DNA of 64,000 nucleotides, from the NCBI RefSeq assembly GCF_009914755.1, contig NC_060942.1. The stretch is one strand, 5' to 3'. The notes under the pieces are model-generated. The model was not told where the DNA came from and searched no databases. It worked only from the letters and a program-made list of their open reading frames with translations. This DNA comes from the human T2T-CHM13v2.0 reference genome, Homo sapiens. Both the position numbers and the translations under genes were made by a program. Below are positions 49,818 to 64,000 of this stretch, piece after piece (position 1 is the stretch's first letter; every line of letters begins with the position of its first letter).

Positions 49818-50120
49818 TTTTTTTTTTTTTTTTTTTTTTGAGACGGAGTCTTGGTCTGTCGCCCAGGCTGGAGTGTGGCATGATCTTGGCTCACTGCAAC
49901 CTCTGCCTCCCAGGTTCAAGCAATTCTCCCTGCCTCAGCCTCCGGAGTAGCTGGGATTACAGGCACGGGCCACCATGCCTGGCTAATTTTTGTATTTTTT
50001 AGTAGACACGGGGTTTCGTTGTGTTGGCCAGCTTGGTCACGAACTCCTGACCTCAGGTGATCCGCCTGCCTTGGCCTCCCAAAGTGCTGGGATTACAGGT
50101 GTAAGCCATCGCGTCTGGCC
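49818..50120 (-). mobile_element. Alu (AluSx-like)
   Basis: Full dimer with T-run. Confidence 0.95.
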
Positions 50121-50160
50121 AGGAGTCTTCTTTTCTAATATATTTTTTTAAATCTCCTAT

Positions 50161-50303
50161 CCAAGCGGGTGCCGTGTTACGTGCCTATAATCGCAGCTAT
50201 GCAGGAGGATCCCTTCAGCCCGGAGGTTCAAGGCCAGCCTGGGCAACATAGTGAGACCTGTCTCTAAAAATCAATCAATGGATTAATCAATCAATTCAAT
50301 CAA
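50161..50303 (+). mobile_element. FLAM-like monomer with (ATCA)n tail
   Basis: Degenerate left monomer ending TGAGACCTGTCTCTAAAAA. Confidence 0.75.
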
Positions 50304-50376
50304 AAGATCCCCTATCTAAAGTTATACAATGTTAAAAAAAATTGCAAACTCATTATACAATAAGTTTGTGATTGTA

Positions 50377-50677
50377 GGCCTGGCGCAGTAGCTCACACAT
50401 ATAATCCCAGCACTTTGGGAGACAAAGGTGGGTAGATTACTTGAGCCCAGGAGTTCAAGACCAGCCTGGGCAACGTGGCGAAAATGTGCCTCTACAAAAA
50501 AAATACTAAAATTAGCCAGGCATGGTGGCATGCACCTGTAGTCCCAGCTACTCAGGAGGCTCAGGCAGGAGGATCACTTGAGCCCAGGAGGCAGAGGTTG
50601 TAGTGAGCCAAGATTGCACCACTGCACTCCAGCCTGGGCAACAGAGTGAGACCCTTTCTCAATCAATTAATCAATAA
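50377..50677 (+). mobile_element. Alu (AluJb-like)
   Basis: Full dimer. Confidence 0.93.
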
Positions 50678-50832
50678 ATGTGCAAGTATAAAAAAAATTT
50701 AGTTTATCAAGTATCTTTTATGTGACTAAGAAGTATGATCTGCTGCTCATTTTCCTCACAGCTATGAACTAAAAGCCAATGAGCTGACCTGCAGTCAGTT
50801 TCAGCTCTGCTGCTTACATCTGGGTAACCTCA

Positions 50833-51270
<438 letters not shown>

Positions 51271-53538
51271 TCAGAACTTGGTATGTAGAAAGTATTCAAC
51301 AAATGTCTAGAGAATCTAAATCTGTTTGATCAGGCCACAGCAAAAGAAGGATGATAAGGATAAAAACAGCAAGTAATAGTAGACTAGTCCTTAAATTCAG
51401 ATGAAAACCCCTGGTATCTTATAGGTTTTTCGGATTTTGTTTTTCTTTTCCTCCCAGGTGGGACCTTAAAGACTCTTCCTTATCCTTTCTTAATTCTTTT
51501 CATTATGTGCCTCTTAAAAATTGGTCTAGATTCTTCCAAGGATAATGCGATCTTCACAACAGGGCCCACATCTATGGGTCAAAACCCAGTCATAATTGGT
51601 CTGTACCTTCTAATATCTACAATTTTGAAAATTTTAAATAATGTAAATCCAGTGAGTATGAAACTCAGATACATTTTCATGCATATTCTATACTCTACCT
51701 TCCTAAAGAGGAAGTCACTGGTAAATATGCCAGTATAAGAAATGTATTCCAAAAACAATCTGTGAGATGTGTCAGACTCAGATTATAGTGACAGCTCTTT
51801 TAACCTTGTAGGAGTCACCAGGGCTCTCCTTCCCATATATAAAACATGCGTAACAGATGCCCACTGACCAAGAAGAGCTGGGAAAGTGAAGATCTGAAAG
51901 GAGGACTCAGAGGATCACAGGGTCGCTAACCAGTCATCCTGAAACACTGGTGTGAGTGAACAGTAGGAACTTTGTGGAAGCTGAGTGTGGCCTGCTCTGG
52001 AAGAAGGACTTCACCGCATGGAGAGGTCTATGGGGAGCTGCTTAGCCCCCGTGTAGCTGCCTCTGTGAATGCGCAGCCAGTAACTGGTGGTGGGCCTGGA
52101 GTCCCTCTTGGCCAACAGTCAGGAAGAAAACCTAGATGTGGAAGAGAGGAGAGCAAGAACAAGCAGATATCCATTCTGGCACCAGTGACCATTTGTCAGT
52201 TTTTAACTGAAGCAATATTCTAAGGGTAATGGCTGTTTCTTCACTTCCAGTTCCAAATCTCACGCCAACCTCTTCCATACCTACAAAGTCTAATTCAAAA
52301 TCATACAGAGAAGGGGAAACATATTTCCTAGGTTAACCAAATTGACGAAGCCCAATCCTGCACATCCACTTTAACTCTTTCTTTCGGTTAACCAACCAAT
52401 TGTAGATCCCAATCATGCCAAATTAAAAGGCTTTTCCTATTATTTATTCTCCTATCTACATTTCAAGTATGTTGATAAATGTTAGGAAATTATGCCGGAA
52501 GGCCCTATACTCTTATATTGTATTTTCAGAGTTAATAAACAAAAGTTAGAATGTTTTAGTTTTAGAATTAGTGTAATTAGCTGGATAGAATTTCCAATTT
52601 TAGTTACAGAGAAAAGTTAGTATGTTTTCCCTTTTTCTCAGAGATCTTAAAAAGGCAACTAGGAAAAAGAGAAACAGATGTTAAACCTCCAACTTAGACT
52701 TTGAAACATCTGAAACCCAAACTATAATGCATGAGCAGGCACTGCCAAATACAGTGAAAGTAAACCAGGGCATGGGTAGAGGCTTAGAGGGGAGAGCCCT
52801 GTGCTGAAGATCGGAGACAAAGCTGGCAGAACAGTTATGAAAGGAAAAGGAGCACCCTTAGAGGCAAAACCAATAATTTTTAGTTATGAACATTGAGAAT
52901 AGGTGTGCAAACTAATGCAAGAGCTTCCCCAGAGCTGGTTTGGCCTAAAGAAAAAGCAAGGTGGTTGGAGCTAAATAAGGAATGCCCACAGAAATATCAT
53001 TCGTATAAAGCAGTCTGTGGGTAAGGCATGGTAAAGGAAAGAGACTCAAATTTTTGAATAGGACTTTAACTTCCACTTCTCTTCTGATCAAGAAGTTAAA
53101 GCTAACACACACACAACATTGTGTCAAAGAGAGAATTCCTGCTAGCTCAAAATATGGTCCTAGTCTCAGTTCTACATGAATCTGCTATAAATTGCTGGTC
53201 CTAGAACTTGTCTCATTCAAGAATGAGTAATCAAAAAGGAAACTGCACAGAATATGTACAAAGTTACAACCAGAAAAAGGGAGAAAATTGGTAAATGAAG
53301 AATACTAACACCCACTAACAAGAAAAAAGGTTGCCTTAGAAGAGCATATAGAAATTGTCACCAAATAAGCCATACACTAAAATATATATATAAAATGTAT
53401 GTATAAAATATTGTAATTACTGCTAAAAAACAAGAGCTTAAAGTGCAGATACAAGAGCTCAGGGACTATATGGCAAGTCAAATGAAAGATGAAATACAGT
53501 AAAGCTCAAGAAAACAGATTAGAAAAATAAAACTATTG

Positions 53539-53833
<295 letters not shown>

Positions 53834-54068
53834 GAAAAAACTATTTTAGCAACAAAGGCCTTCCTAGAAGCAGCACAAAGGAAGAGAAACATTTTGAAAC
53901 ACAGTAAAGGACAGGAGGAGGATTGAAAAGAGAAAATGAAATGACAATGAAGAGTTCTTAAAAATTAGAGGAAAAATGATACATATGGAAAACAAGTCTG
54001 ATATTTGCATAACTACTGTTCCTAAATAAGATGAAAAATATCAAAAATAATATTTAAAGATGTAACTT

Positions 54069-54372
54069 GGCCTGGTGCTCTGGCTAATGCCTGTAATTCC
54101 AGCACTTTGGGAGGCTGAGGCGGATGGATCACCTGAGGTCAGGAGGTCAAGCCCAGCCTGGCCAACATAGTGAAACCCTGTCTCTACTAAAAATACAAAA
54201 ATTAGCCAGGCATGGTGGCATGCGCCTGTAATCCCAGCTACTCAGGAGGCCTGAGGCAGGAGAATCGCTTGAACCCGGGAGGTGGAGGTTTCAGTGAGCC
54301 AAGATCACATCACTATACTCCAGCCTGGGCGACAGAAGTCTCAAAAAATAAAATTAAATAAATAAAATAAAA
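54069..54372 (+). mobile_element. Alu (AluSx-like)
   Basis: Full dimer. Confidence 0.94.
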
Positions 54373-54459
54373 TCTTAAGAAACCTTATCAGAAACTAAAG
54401 AAATCTTCCATCAACAGATTGAAAATACTGTTTCCCAGTTTTTTAAAAAATGAAGGATA

Positions 54460-54767
<308 letters not shown>

Positions 54768-56059
54768 TGCTATGCCATTACTAAGTAGGGCTTCTGCTAG
54801 CAGTTCTAGAATTGTTCAAATAATTTGTGCATTAATGGAAAAAGCATGTCGTTATCTCCATAGATGTCAAAAGGGCACTTTATAAATTTAACATTTGTTC
54901 TTGGTTAAAATTTCCTTAAAAAAGTAACAAAAGATGGATGTTTCTTTTGCATGATACACAATATATCCAACCCCAAACCAGCGTCATGCTTAATGGGTAA
55001 ATACTAGGAACATTCCACATAAGGATGTTCACTATTAGCAGCTTGATTTATCATCATTGTGGGCTATTGACAATAAAGTTCAAAAAAAATTAGAATAAGG
55101 AGGAGGTGAAATTATTATTTGCAGATGTGATTACCTCATAAACTCATGAAAATCGACTTTTGAAAAGCTATTATAAGCAGAATTCAGAAGGTGGCTGGAT
55201 GTATAATTTAAATGTGAAAGTAAGTAGCGTATATGTATAAACAACTAACTAGAAGACAAACTAGAGGAAAATAAATCATTTAGATTAACAAGTAAAGGAA
55301 AAAAACAAAAAAGCTGGTATTAAATTTAAACAGAGGTATGCTTGATCTAGATTAGTGATTCTCAACTGGGGATGACTTTGCCACCCAGGGGACATCTAGC
55401 AATACCTAGAGACATTTTTTATTGTCTAATTTCAGTAGTGGTAGGTTGAGGAGCCTTGATCTAGGTAAAGAAAACTTTAAAATGCTACTTAGGACCACAA
55501 AAGAAGGCTAATCTGTGTTCTTGGATAAGAAGCTCCTAAATGGTAGAATACATAAAATTTTCCTAAATTGTTATATAAATACAATGAAATGTCAGTAAAA
55601 ATAAAGTGAACCAGAAAAATTGATTCTCTAGTTCATATATAAAATTAAGCAAAAAATTCTAGAAAAATTCTGAATAAGAACAGTAGTAGTGTATAGAGAG
55701 TAATCCCTATCAGATGTTAAAACGTATCTAAAGCTATGATAAATATAACAGTGAACTAATTATAATAGACTCAAATACATACTAGAATTTAGGATATAAT
55801 AGAGAAGACCTTTCAGACCAGAGGGGGAAAGATACATTATTTAGTAAACAGACTTAAGTTAATTGGATGCAATCTGGAAAAAAGTAAAATTAGGCCCATA
55901 TTCCACATCTTAAACCAAAATAAATGAAAAATTAATTGAATATTTAAGTGTAAAACTTATGGTAGTAAACATGGGATTTTTTTTTTCTTAATCTTAGGAC
56001 TTTTTAAGTTTGCATATAAAAGATTGTTAAGTTCAATACATAGAAATAAAAATTGTATT

Positions 56060-56360
56060 GGCTGGGCACAGTGGCTCACACCTGTAATCTCAGCACTTTG
56101 GGAGGCCAAGTCAGGCAGATTGCTTGAGCTCAGGAGTTCAAGACCAGCCTGGGCAACAAGGCAAGACCCCACCTCTACTAGAAATATTTTTTAAATAGCG
56201 GGATGTGGTGGTGTGTGCCTGTGGTCCCAGCCGCTTGGGAGGCTGAGGTGGGAGGATTGCTTGAGCCCGGGGTTAAGGAGGTTGCAGTGAGCCGAGATTG
56301 CACCATGTACCCCAGCCTGGGTGACAGAGTGAGACCCTGTCTCAAAAATGAAATAAAAAA
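56060..56360 (+). mobile_element. Alu (AluJb-like)
   Basis: Full dimer. Confidence 0.93.
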
Positions 56361-56656
56361 TCAAAATTGAATAATATAAGTTAAAGTCAGAAGACAAAAG
56401 AGTAACTGGAAAAATATTTGTAACTGATACTACAGACAAAGGGCTAATTATCCTGACTTTGTGAAGAGTCCTTCTATATCAACCAACAAAAAATGGAAAA
56501 ATGAATAAAGAATATGAACAGACATTTCACAGAAAAGCTATAAATGGCTCTTAAACTTGAAAGCATGCTTAGCCTCACTCAAAATAAGAGGAATACAAAT
56601 TAAAACTGCAGTGAGCTACTACTGGTTTTCTTCAATTAAATAATCAAACTTCTAAG

Positions 56657-56807
56657 ATGGGCATAGTACCTGTGGCTACTCCAAACGTTGAGGTGGGAGG
56701 ATCTTTTTGAGAGGCCAGAGTTCGAGGCTGTTGTGCACTATGATACCACCTATACATTGCCACTGCACTCCAGCCTGGGTATCATAGCAAGACCCCATCT
56801 CTAAAAA
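56657..56807 (+). mobile_element. Old Alu monomer (FAM/FRAM-like)
   Basis: GTTCGAGGCTGTTGTGCACTATGATACCACCTATACATTGCCACTGCACTCCAGCC. Confidence 0.75.
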
Positions 56808-57586
56808 TTTTTTTTTTAAATCAAAGTTCTGAAAGTTAGGATAACATTCCATGGGTGAAGGTGTGATGAAGAGGTGCTCTCACACATTGTTGGTGGGATT
56901 ATAAATTAATATAATTTCTGTGGACAGTAATTTAGTAACTTCTATCAAACTTTTAGAGGCACAGAAGTAATTCAGGAATCAAAAACCAAATACAGCGTGT
57001 ACTCACTTACAAGTGGAAACTAACCTATGGATACACAGAGGCATACAGAGTGGTATAATGGACATTGGAGATTCTGAAGGGAGAAGGATGGGAGGGGGAT
57101 GAGGGATGGAAAATTACCTGTTGGGTATTTGATTACTTTTAGATACTGTTTCCAGTCACTGGGAATTCCAGTCAGTGACTCCCAGATAGAGAAGTTGTTA
57201 CTATATTTGAATTGTTGGAAAATTTGGGCATGTACTTATGGTTCTTAACTAATAATATTTAATAAAATATGCTCAGCACATAGATGGCCAATTCACACTT
57301 ACCGAATCTAACTGAAGCAGTACTGTATTGTCCTATTATCACAAATAAGGATAAAAGCTGTGTTCAAGAGCTTAGTTTGTGGGAGTTTGGGTGCAGATGT
57401 ACTCCCTATTTCTATGGTATAATTTGGCTGTTGGGGAAAAGATAAATCTTGATTAAATATGAAAGGCATTTTTATATGAGAAAATAACAGATAAATGGAA
57501 ATTCTAGGTAACTGGGAATTTTTGTCTCTGTCAAAATCAACCAGAAAACTTTTTTGTTTTAATCTTTATCATTAAAAAATGCTTCT

Positions 57587-58100
<514 letters not shown>

Positions 58101-58149
58101 TTAAGTAAAACTACTGGTAGAAGTCTGTTTTATTGATCTTTTCCTTATT

Positions 58150-58870
58150 TTATGTCAAGTTTAGACACAATTTTAGTTTTTGAGCTTCCTAATGACACTG
58201 AAGTCTCTTTGGTAGAGAAATCCCAAGTCTTATCTAATTCTGTCCAGTTAGGCTAGGGAATTTGTCTTAGAGATTATGAAGAGAGCGTTTTTGTGGACAT
58301 GAACCTTCTAGTCTGAAGCTTTTTGGTAAAATGTTAGTTATAATAAGTTGATCCAGATTAGCAGCATTATCTACAATTCTTCTCCACCTTTGGGAGACAA
58401 ATAACCAAGTATCTGCTACATTTTTTCTTGTACATCTCTTCTATGCTCGAATCCAACAGAAATTGAACTGAATGAAATAATGGCCACACTGCTCAATACT
58501 ATATGGCAGAGAATATGGTCATGCTGACTTGTTGTGAAGGTACAGGTATATATTTTTTTTATGTCATTTAGTAAATTATAATAAACTAGGGCCTGTTGCG
58601 GTAGCTCACATACGTAATCCCAGCGCTGTGGGAGGCTGAGGCAAGAGGATCACTTGGGCCCAGGAGTTTGAGACAAACCTGGGCAACAGAGGGAGACCCC
58701 ATCTCTACAAAAAGTAAAAAATTAGCCGGGTGAGGTGGTGCATGCCTGTAGTCCCAGCTACTCAGAGAGCTGAGGTGGGAGGATCAGTTGAGCCTAGAGG
58801 TTGAGGCTGCAGTGAGCCGTGAATTATGCCACTGCCCTCCAGCCTGGGTGACAGAGCAAGACCTTGTCTC

Positions 58871-58904
<34 letters not shown>

Positions 58905-59074
58905 ATGTCCCAGACTACGGGGTTCACATGCGCAAAAACATTCTCTTTATAATCTCTATGACAAATTCCCTAGCCTAATTGGACAGAAGTAGATAAGACT
59001 TGGGATTTTTCTACCAAAGAGATTGGTGTCATGAGGAAGCTCAAAAACTAAAATTGTGTCTAAACTTTACATAA
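58150..59074. repeat. Long non-Alu inverted repeat: arms 58150-58315 and 58911-59074
   Basis: Arms align as reverse complements, e.g. TTAGACACAATTTTAGTTTTTGAGCTTCCT vs AGGAAGCTCAAAAACTAAAATTGTGTCTAA. Confidence 0.95.
58590..58899 (+). mobile_element. Alu (AluJ-like) with A29 tail
   Basis: Full dimer; no TSD visible. Confidence 0.93.
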
Positions 59075-60632
59075 TGTATATAATAAATTAGGAAAGTCTA
59101 AATAAAACTATTTACCAAATGTCCCCAAGCAGGGAATTGGTTAATAAATGATGGTACTTTCATACTGTAGGATTCAAACAGTCTTCAAAGATTTGTTCAT
59201 AGTTGTTTTTAGCATATGAAAATATCATAAATTGATACATGGAAAAAAGAACAGTGTGTATAATATGATACCCACGTTTTTGCGAGAAATTACACACACA
59301 CATGCAAAAACAAAAAAAAAGTTCATATAGAAAAAAATGTTAAAAGGAGTTGATTTTGTTAGGATTAGGTTTGGCAATAAGTAACAAAGAGCTAAGAAAT
59401 AGTAGATTAAATAAAATAGAATTTATTTCTCTCTTTTAGGAAGTCCCAAGGGAGGCAATCTAGGTCCAAGATGGTGTCAGGGACCCAGGCTTTTTCTGTC
59501 TTTAGATCCCCAACATTCCTACAGACACCGATAGCCGGTCGCTGGGGCTCCAGGCATCCTGTCTACAGTCCTCCCCGACTCTCAGCAGTAATTTTATATT
59601 CTTTTTATAAAAGTGAACCTGTTGGATGATCATGTCTTTTAGTGAATAAACCAAGTTGCTTTTCACTAAAGCATCATGTTAATTTTGTTTACATTTGTAA
59701 CACTTTAGTTCATTGTTAATACAAATCATTTTTAATCTGATATAATAGATACATGTAAAACAATAACATGAGAATAAGACTGCTACTGCCTTCTGAAAAG
59801 TTCTCTTTGACCTGGATCTCTATTAAACTCATCGTTAAACAAGTTCTTCCCATTTAGAAACTTCCCGAGCTGTTAAATAGAAGTATTAACCAGCCTGTTG
59901 TTCCCTCCTCCTTTTTCCCTAAACTTGCTCTCATTTCCCATTTGGCACATGAAGCCTTTTGGTAGATGTCTGCTCTTCTTTTTTTGTTGTTGTTTTTTTT
60001 CACCTGGCTGTATCAGGCTTAAAGATTGGTCTAGCCACAAAATCCATTGAGACATTGAGTTTATGAAATAAATCATGAAACCTTGAATTTCTGGGGCAAC
60101 TTAAAAATTACAATCAATAGTGTGTGTCATAGGATTCCTTCGGAAAAGAAGTAAAAGGATAGCTTACTACAAACAAATTTTAAAATGTTATTTTCCTAAG
60201 GTTCCAATCTGTTCTTGAATTCCCTCCTGGGGAGTCCAGGTGTTAGTAACACAAGGTAAACAGAAAGGCCCTCAGGCATGTCATGATGCAAATTCAACTC
60301 ACACACATACAAAGGGCAACACTCCCATCCAAATTAATGGGATGACATTTGCTGAAGTCCTCAAACTAGAAACTTCCCAGTTATCCTAGGCTTCCCTCCC
60401 TTCCTCATGTCCCAGACCTGTTGGGTCACTAAACCCTGTCGACTCAGCATCCTACGTAAGCCTTAAATAAACGACATCTCAGCTCCACTCTCCTTGCCAG
60501 TCCCTCCTCATCTCTCATCTAGACCATTGTAGTCATCTCCCTACTGGGCTCCCTGCTTTTGGACTGTTCCTCTTCCTGTTCCCACTCTTCCATTTTTATC
60601 TTTGAATTATCTTTTTGAATTATCTCCTGTGA

Positions 60633-61070
<438 letters not shown>

Positions 61071-61708
61071 AACCCCAGCCTTTCTTAACCTAGCTCCACT
61101 CTCTAGCCTAACTTCAGGACCCACATAAAGCTACACCTACTTCTGCCTGTTTCTTTATGAAGAATGTCTTCAGCTTCAACCTTTCTCTGTCATGAACTCC
61201 TGGTCATCTTTGAAGTCCTGATTCAGTGCCATTGCCCCCCCCCGTTCCCCAGGATGTTTAAGCACTGTGTGTGCTCCTCTATGAGAGCCCTAATCACACT
61301 GGATGGAATTGTCTGAGCTGTGAACTTCTGGATAGTGTAGTCTTGTTCATGTGTGTATCCTCAGCATCTGTCCCAATGCATTGAATCGAGTGAAATAAAA
61401 GCAAGTACAGGATATGCTTTGTGTATCCCAGTAAGACCCCAACCTGAAAATAGTGCCAAGACAACCAGGAAACTGACCAGTGGTCCAGCTGAGCTGCATG
61501 AAGCAGAATTAGGCACAGAAAGTCTGCAGTAGTTCAAATGGAGTCCTGAGAAATTGTGTCCAGCCCTCATGTCACCCTGGCCTGCCCTGATCTTCTTTGC
61601 TTGTTCTGCCTAACTTCTTCATTCTATTCTCTCACTTGCTCAGGGGGGTCTATTTGGCTTAATCTGTTGGACCTGCTCCTTTCTTAGCACTGAAGGCTGA
61701 TGCATCTG

Positions 61709-61769
61709 ATACGTGCATGTGTGTGTGTGTACGTGCATATGTGAATATGTGTGCATGTGTGTGTATGTG
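61709..61769. repeat. Imperfect (TG)n repeat
   Basis: Direct reading. Confidence 0.85.
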
Positions 61770-61864
61770 TCTCAAGATGAACTCCCAGACATAGAACTGG
61801 GTGTGTCCACTTAGGGGGTTGTATGAATCAGGGGGAAAGGGGAAAACAGGAAATGATAGTAATC

Positions 61865-62070
61865 AGTTATTATGTACTGTTTGCCAAATGTCAGGATTTG
61901 TATTTAATTGTTAAAACCACCTTGTGAATGGTAGTCACCATTATTATTATCCCCACTTTACAGATGAGTTAACTGAAGCAAAGAGAGACTGAGTCACACA
62001 CACCCTTGAAATGTGGGGGAGCTGGGATCCAGTCAGCATATGTCTTAATCCAGAGTCACTGCTGTAAGCA
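61865..62070 (-). mobile_element. MIR
   Basis: TATTATCCCCACTTTACAGATGAGTTAACTGAAGCA core. Confidence 0.75.
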
Positions 62071-62097
62071 CAATTAGACTTAAAATATTGTAATGGA

Positions 62098-62683
<586 letters not shown>

Positions 62684-64000
62684 CTATTGCTCAAGTTTCA
62701 TTCTAACCATTAGTAAATGTTTATTGGTCTCCTTGACGAGATGCCTTATGATGCAAAATAGGTAAACAAAAACAATGAGGATTGGTCCCCCTTCCCCAAA
62801 ACAACCCTCACAATCCTGTTAATTTCTGGTCCTCTGCTGCTGAGGGAACACTTTAGAGTTCCCTCTGGGCTGCTGCATGCATTTCCCATCTAGCCCCCTC
62901 TCCTGTGTTACTTTCACTACCAACTCACTCTTTCTTGATTTCCAGATTCTCTGTATTCAAATTCTGGAGTATATCCTACATTCCAATTTCTTGGCACTCC
63001 TCTTTACCCACAATGGTTTTTTTTTTGGGGGGGGGGGGTCTTTATCTTGGATATAACTTTTTCCCTAGGTCTTCAAAGGGGTCATCAATCCTGCATTTAA
63101 CTTTGTAACTGAAGAAAAACCATAATTAAGCCAGTTCTTATAGAACATGTGGGTCCTGGCTATGGGTCAGCTGTCAATTGCTCTGTTGGCTGGGCAGGCA
63201 GGTCAGCTGGAGAAGAAGCCCCAGAGTAGGGCCAGGCAGTGGCAGTCTGTCCTAACCATGCCAAGGGCAGCACCAACGAGCTGCAGCCCTGGCTCGTGAG
63301 GGCTGGCCTCATTATTTGGAAATTGGGAAGGATAAACAAATATTTTCACAGGGTGCGTCCAGAACTGAGTATTCAAGGTCACTGTGGTACAGACAGAATG
63401 CATGGTGTCAGTGTGTCCTAGTGTCTGGCCTTAAGTGGCCTCTCTTGGCAGCATCTGTAAAGAACACAGAGCATGCTGTAACCTCTGCTGTTGATACTGG
63501 GTGCGCTCTTACCACCACTTAGAAATCTCTAGATCCGTTTCCATTTCGTGTTGATTGCTTTGAATGTAGAGCCCAGCTTGCATTTTCTGTGGATTGGACC
63601 TTTGCCCTGCATGTTTTGCTCCTCCACTTGAAACTGACCTATACTGCTCTGACTCATTAGTCCCACCCATGGAAGTGGCAAGTACTCACAGGAAGTCTCA
63701 AATGGCCTTTGGTTTTCTTCCACTGAGGGGGGTAAGAACACACAGACATACCTAAGTCTCTCTTTGAAAAAACTTTACTAGAATGAGTCTGAAAAAAAAA
63801 ATTTTAAGGGAGTGTCAGAAGCAAACTTGCTTCCTTGACATACCTAATTTTTTTTTGGATGATAACATATGCCATCCCAACTCCCCACTTCCTCCCGACC
63901 TAGATAGCATTAATGGAGGTAAAAAGCACTGAGTGACTGTTAGAATTTTTAAAAATCACAACATTATATAAGTATTGGCTTTTTCTTGCTCTTTAATGGA

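Noticed and set aside
59626-59677. Hairpin TTTAGTGAA...TTCACTAAA suggesting a pre-miRNA
   Set aside because: Only a 9-bp AT-rich perfect stem; too short and expected by chance in 64 kb
63017-63038. T10-G12 homopolymer junction
   Set aside because: Simple mononucleotide runs with no supporting context

Overview
Primate (most likely human) non-coding genomic DNA with about 40 Alu-family copies (FAM, FLAM/FRAM, AluJ, AluS, AluY), L1, L2 and MIR remnants, solo LTRs (MLT1, MER93-like, LTR33-like) and DNA-transposon fossils (MER3, MER5, MER20, MER58, MER115, Charlie1, MADE1). I find no credible protein-coding exon, CpG island, tRNA, rRNA or snRNA. The supplied ORFs fall mostly in repeats or look like chance ORFs. 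The window looks like the interior of a very long intron, possibly of a + strand gene (weak inference), or intergenic DNA; I cannot name the locus. The most notable structures are a ~165 bp non-Alu inverted repeat (58150-59074), an inverted-plus-direct local duplication inside an L2 (37688-39155), smaller fold-back insertions, and several repeat-free motif-dense islands (28270-28516, 33166-33314, 63160-63700). The sequence alone does not support a new biological system. Subfamily names are recalled from consensus sequences, identities are estimated by eye, and coordinates may be off by a few bases.
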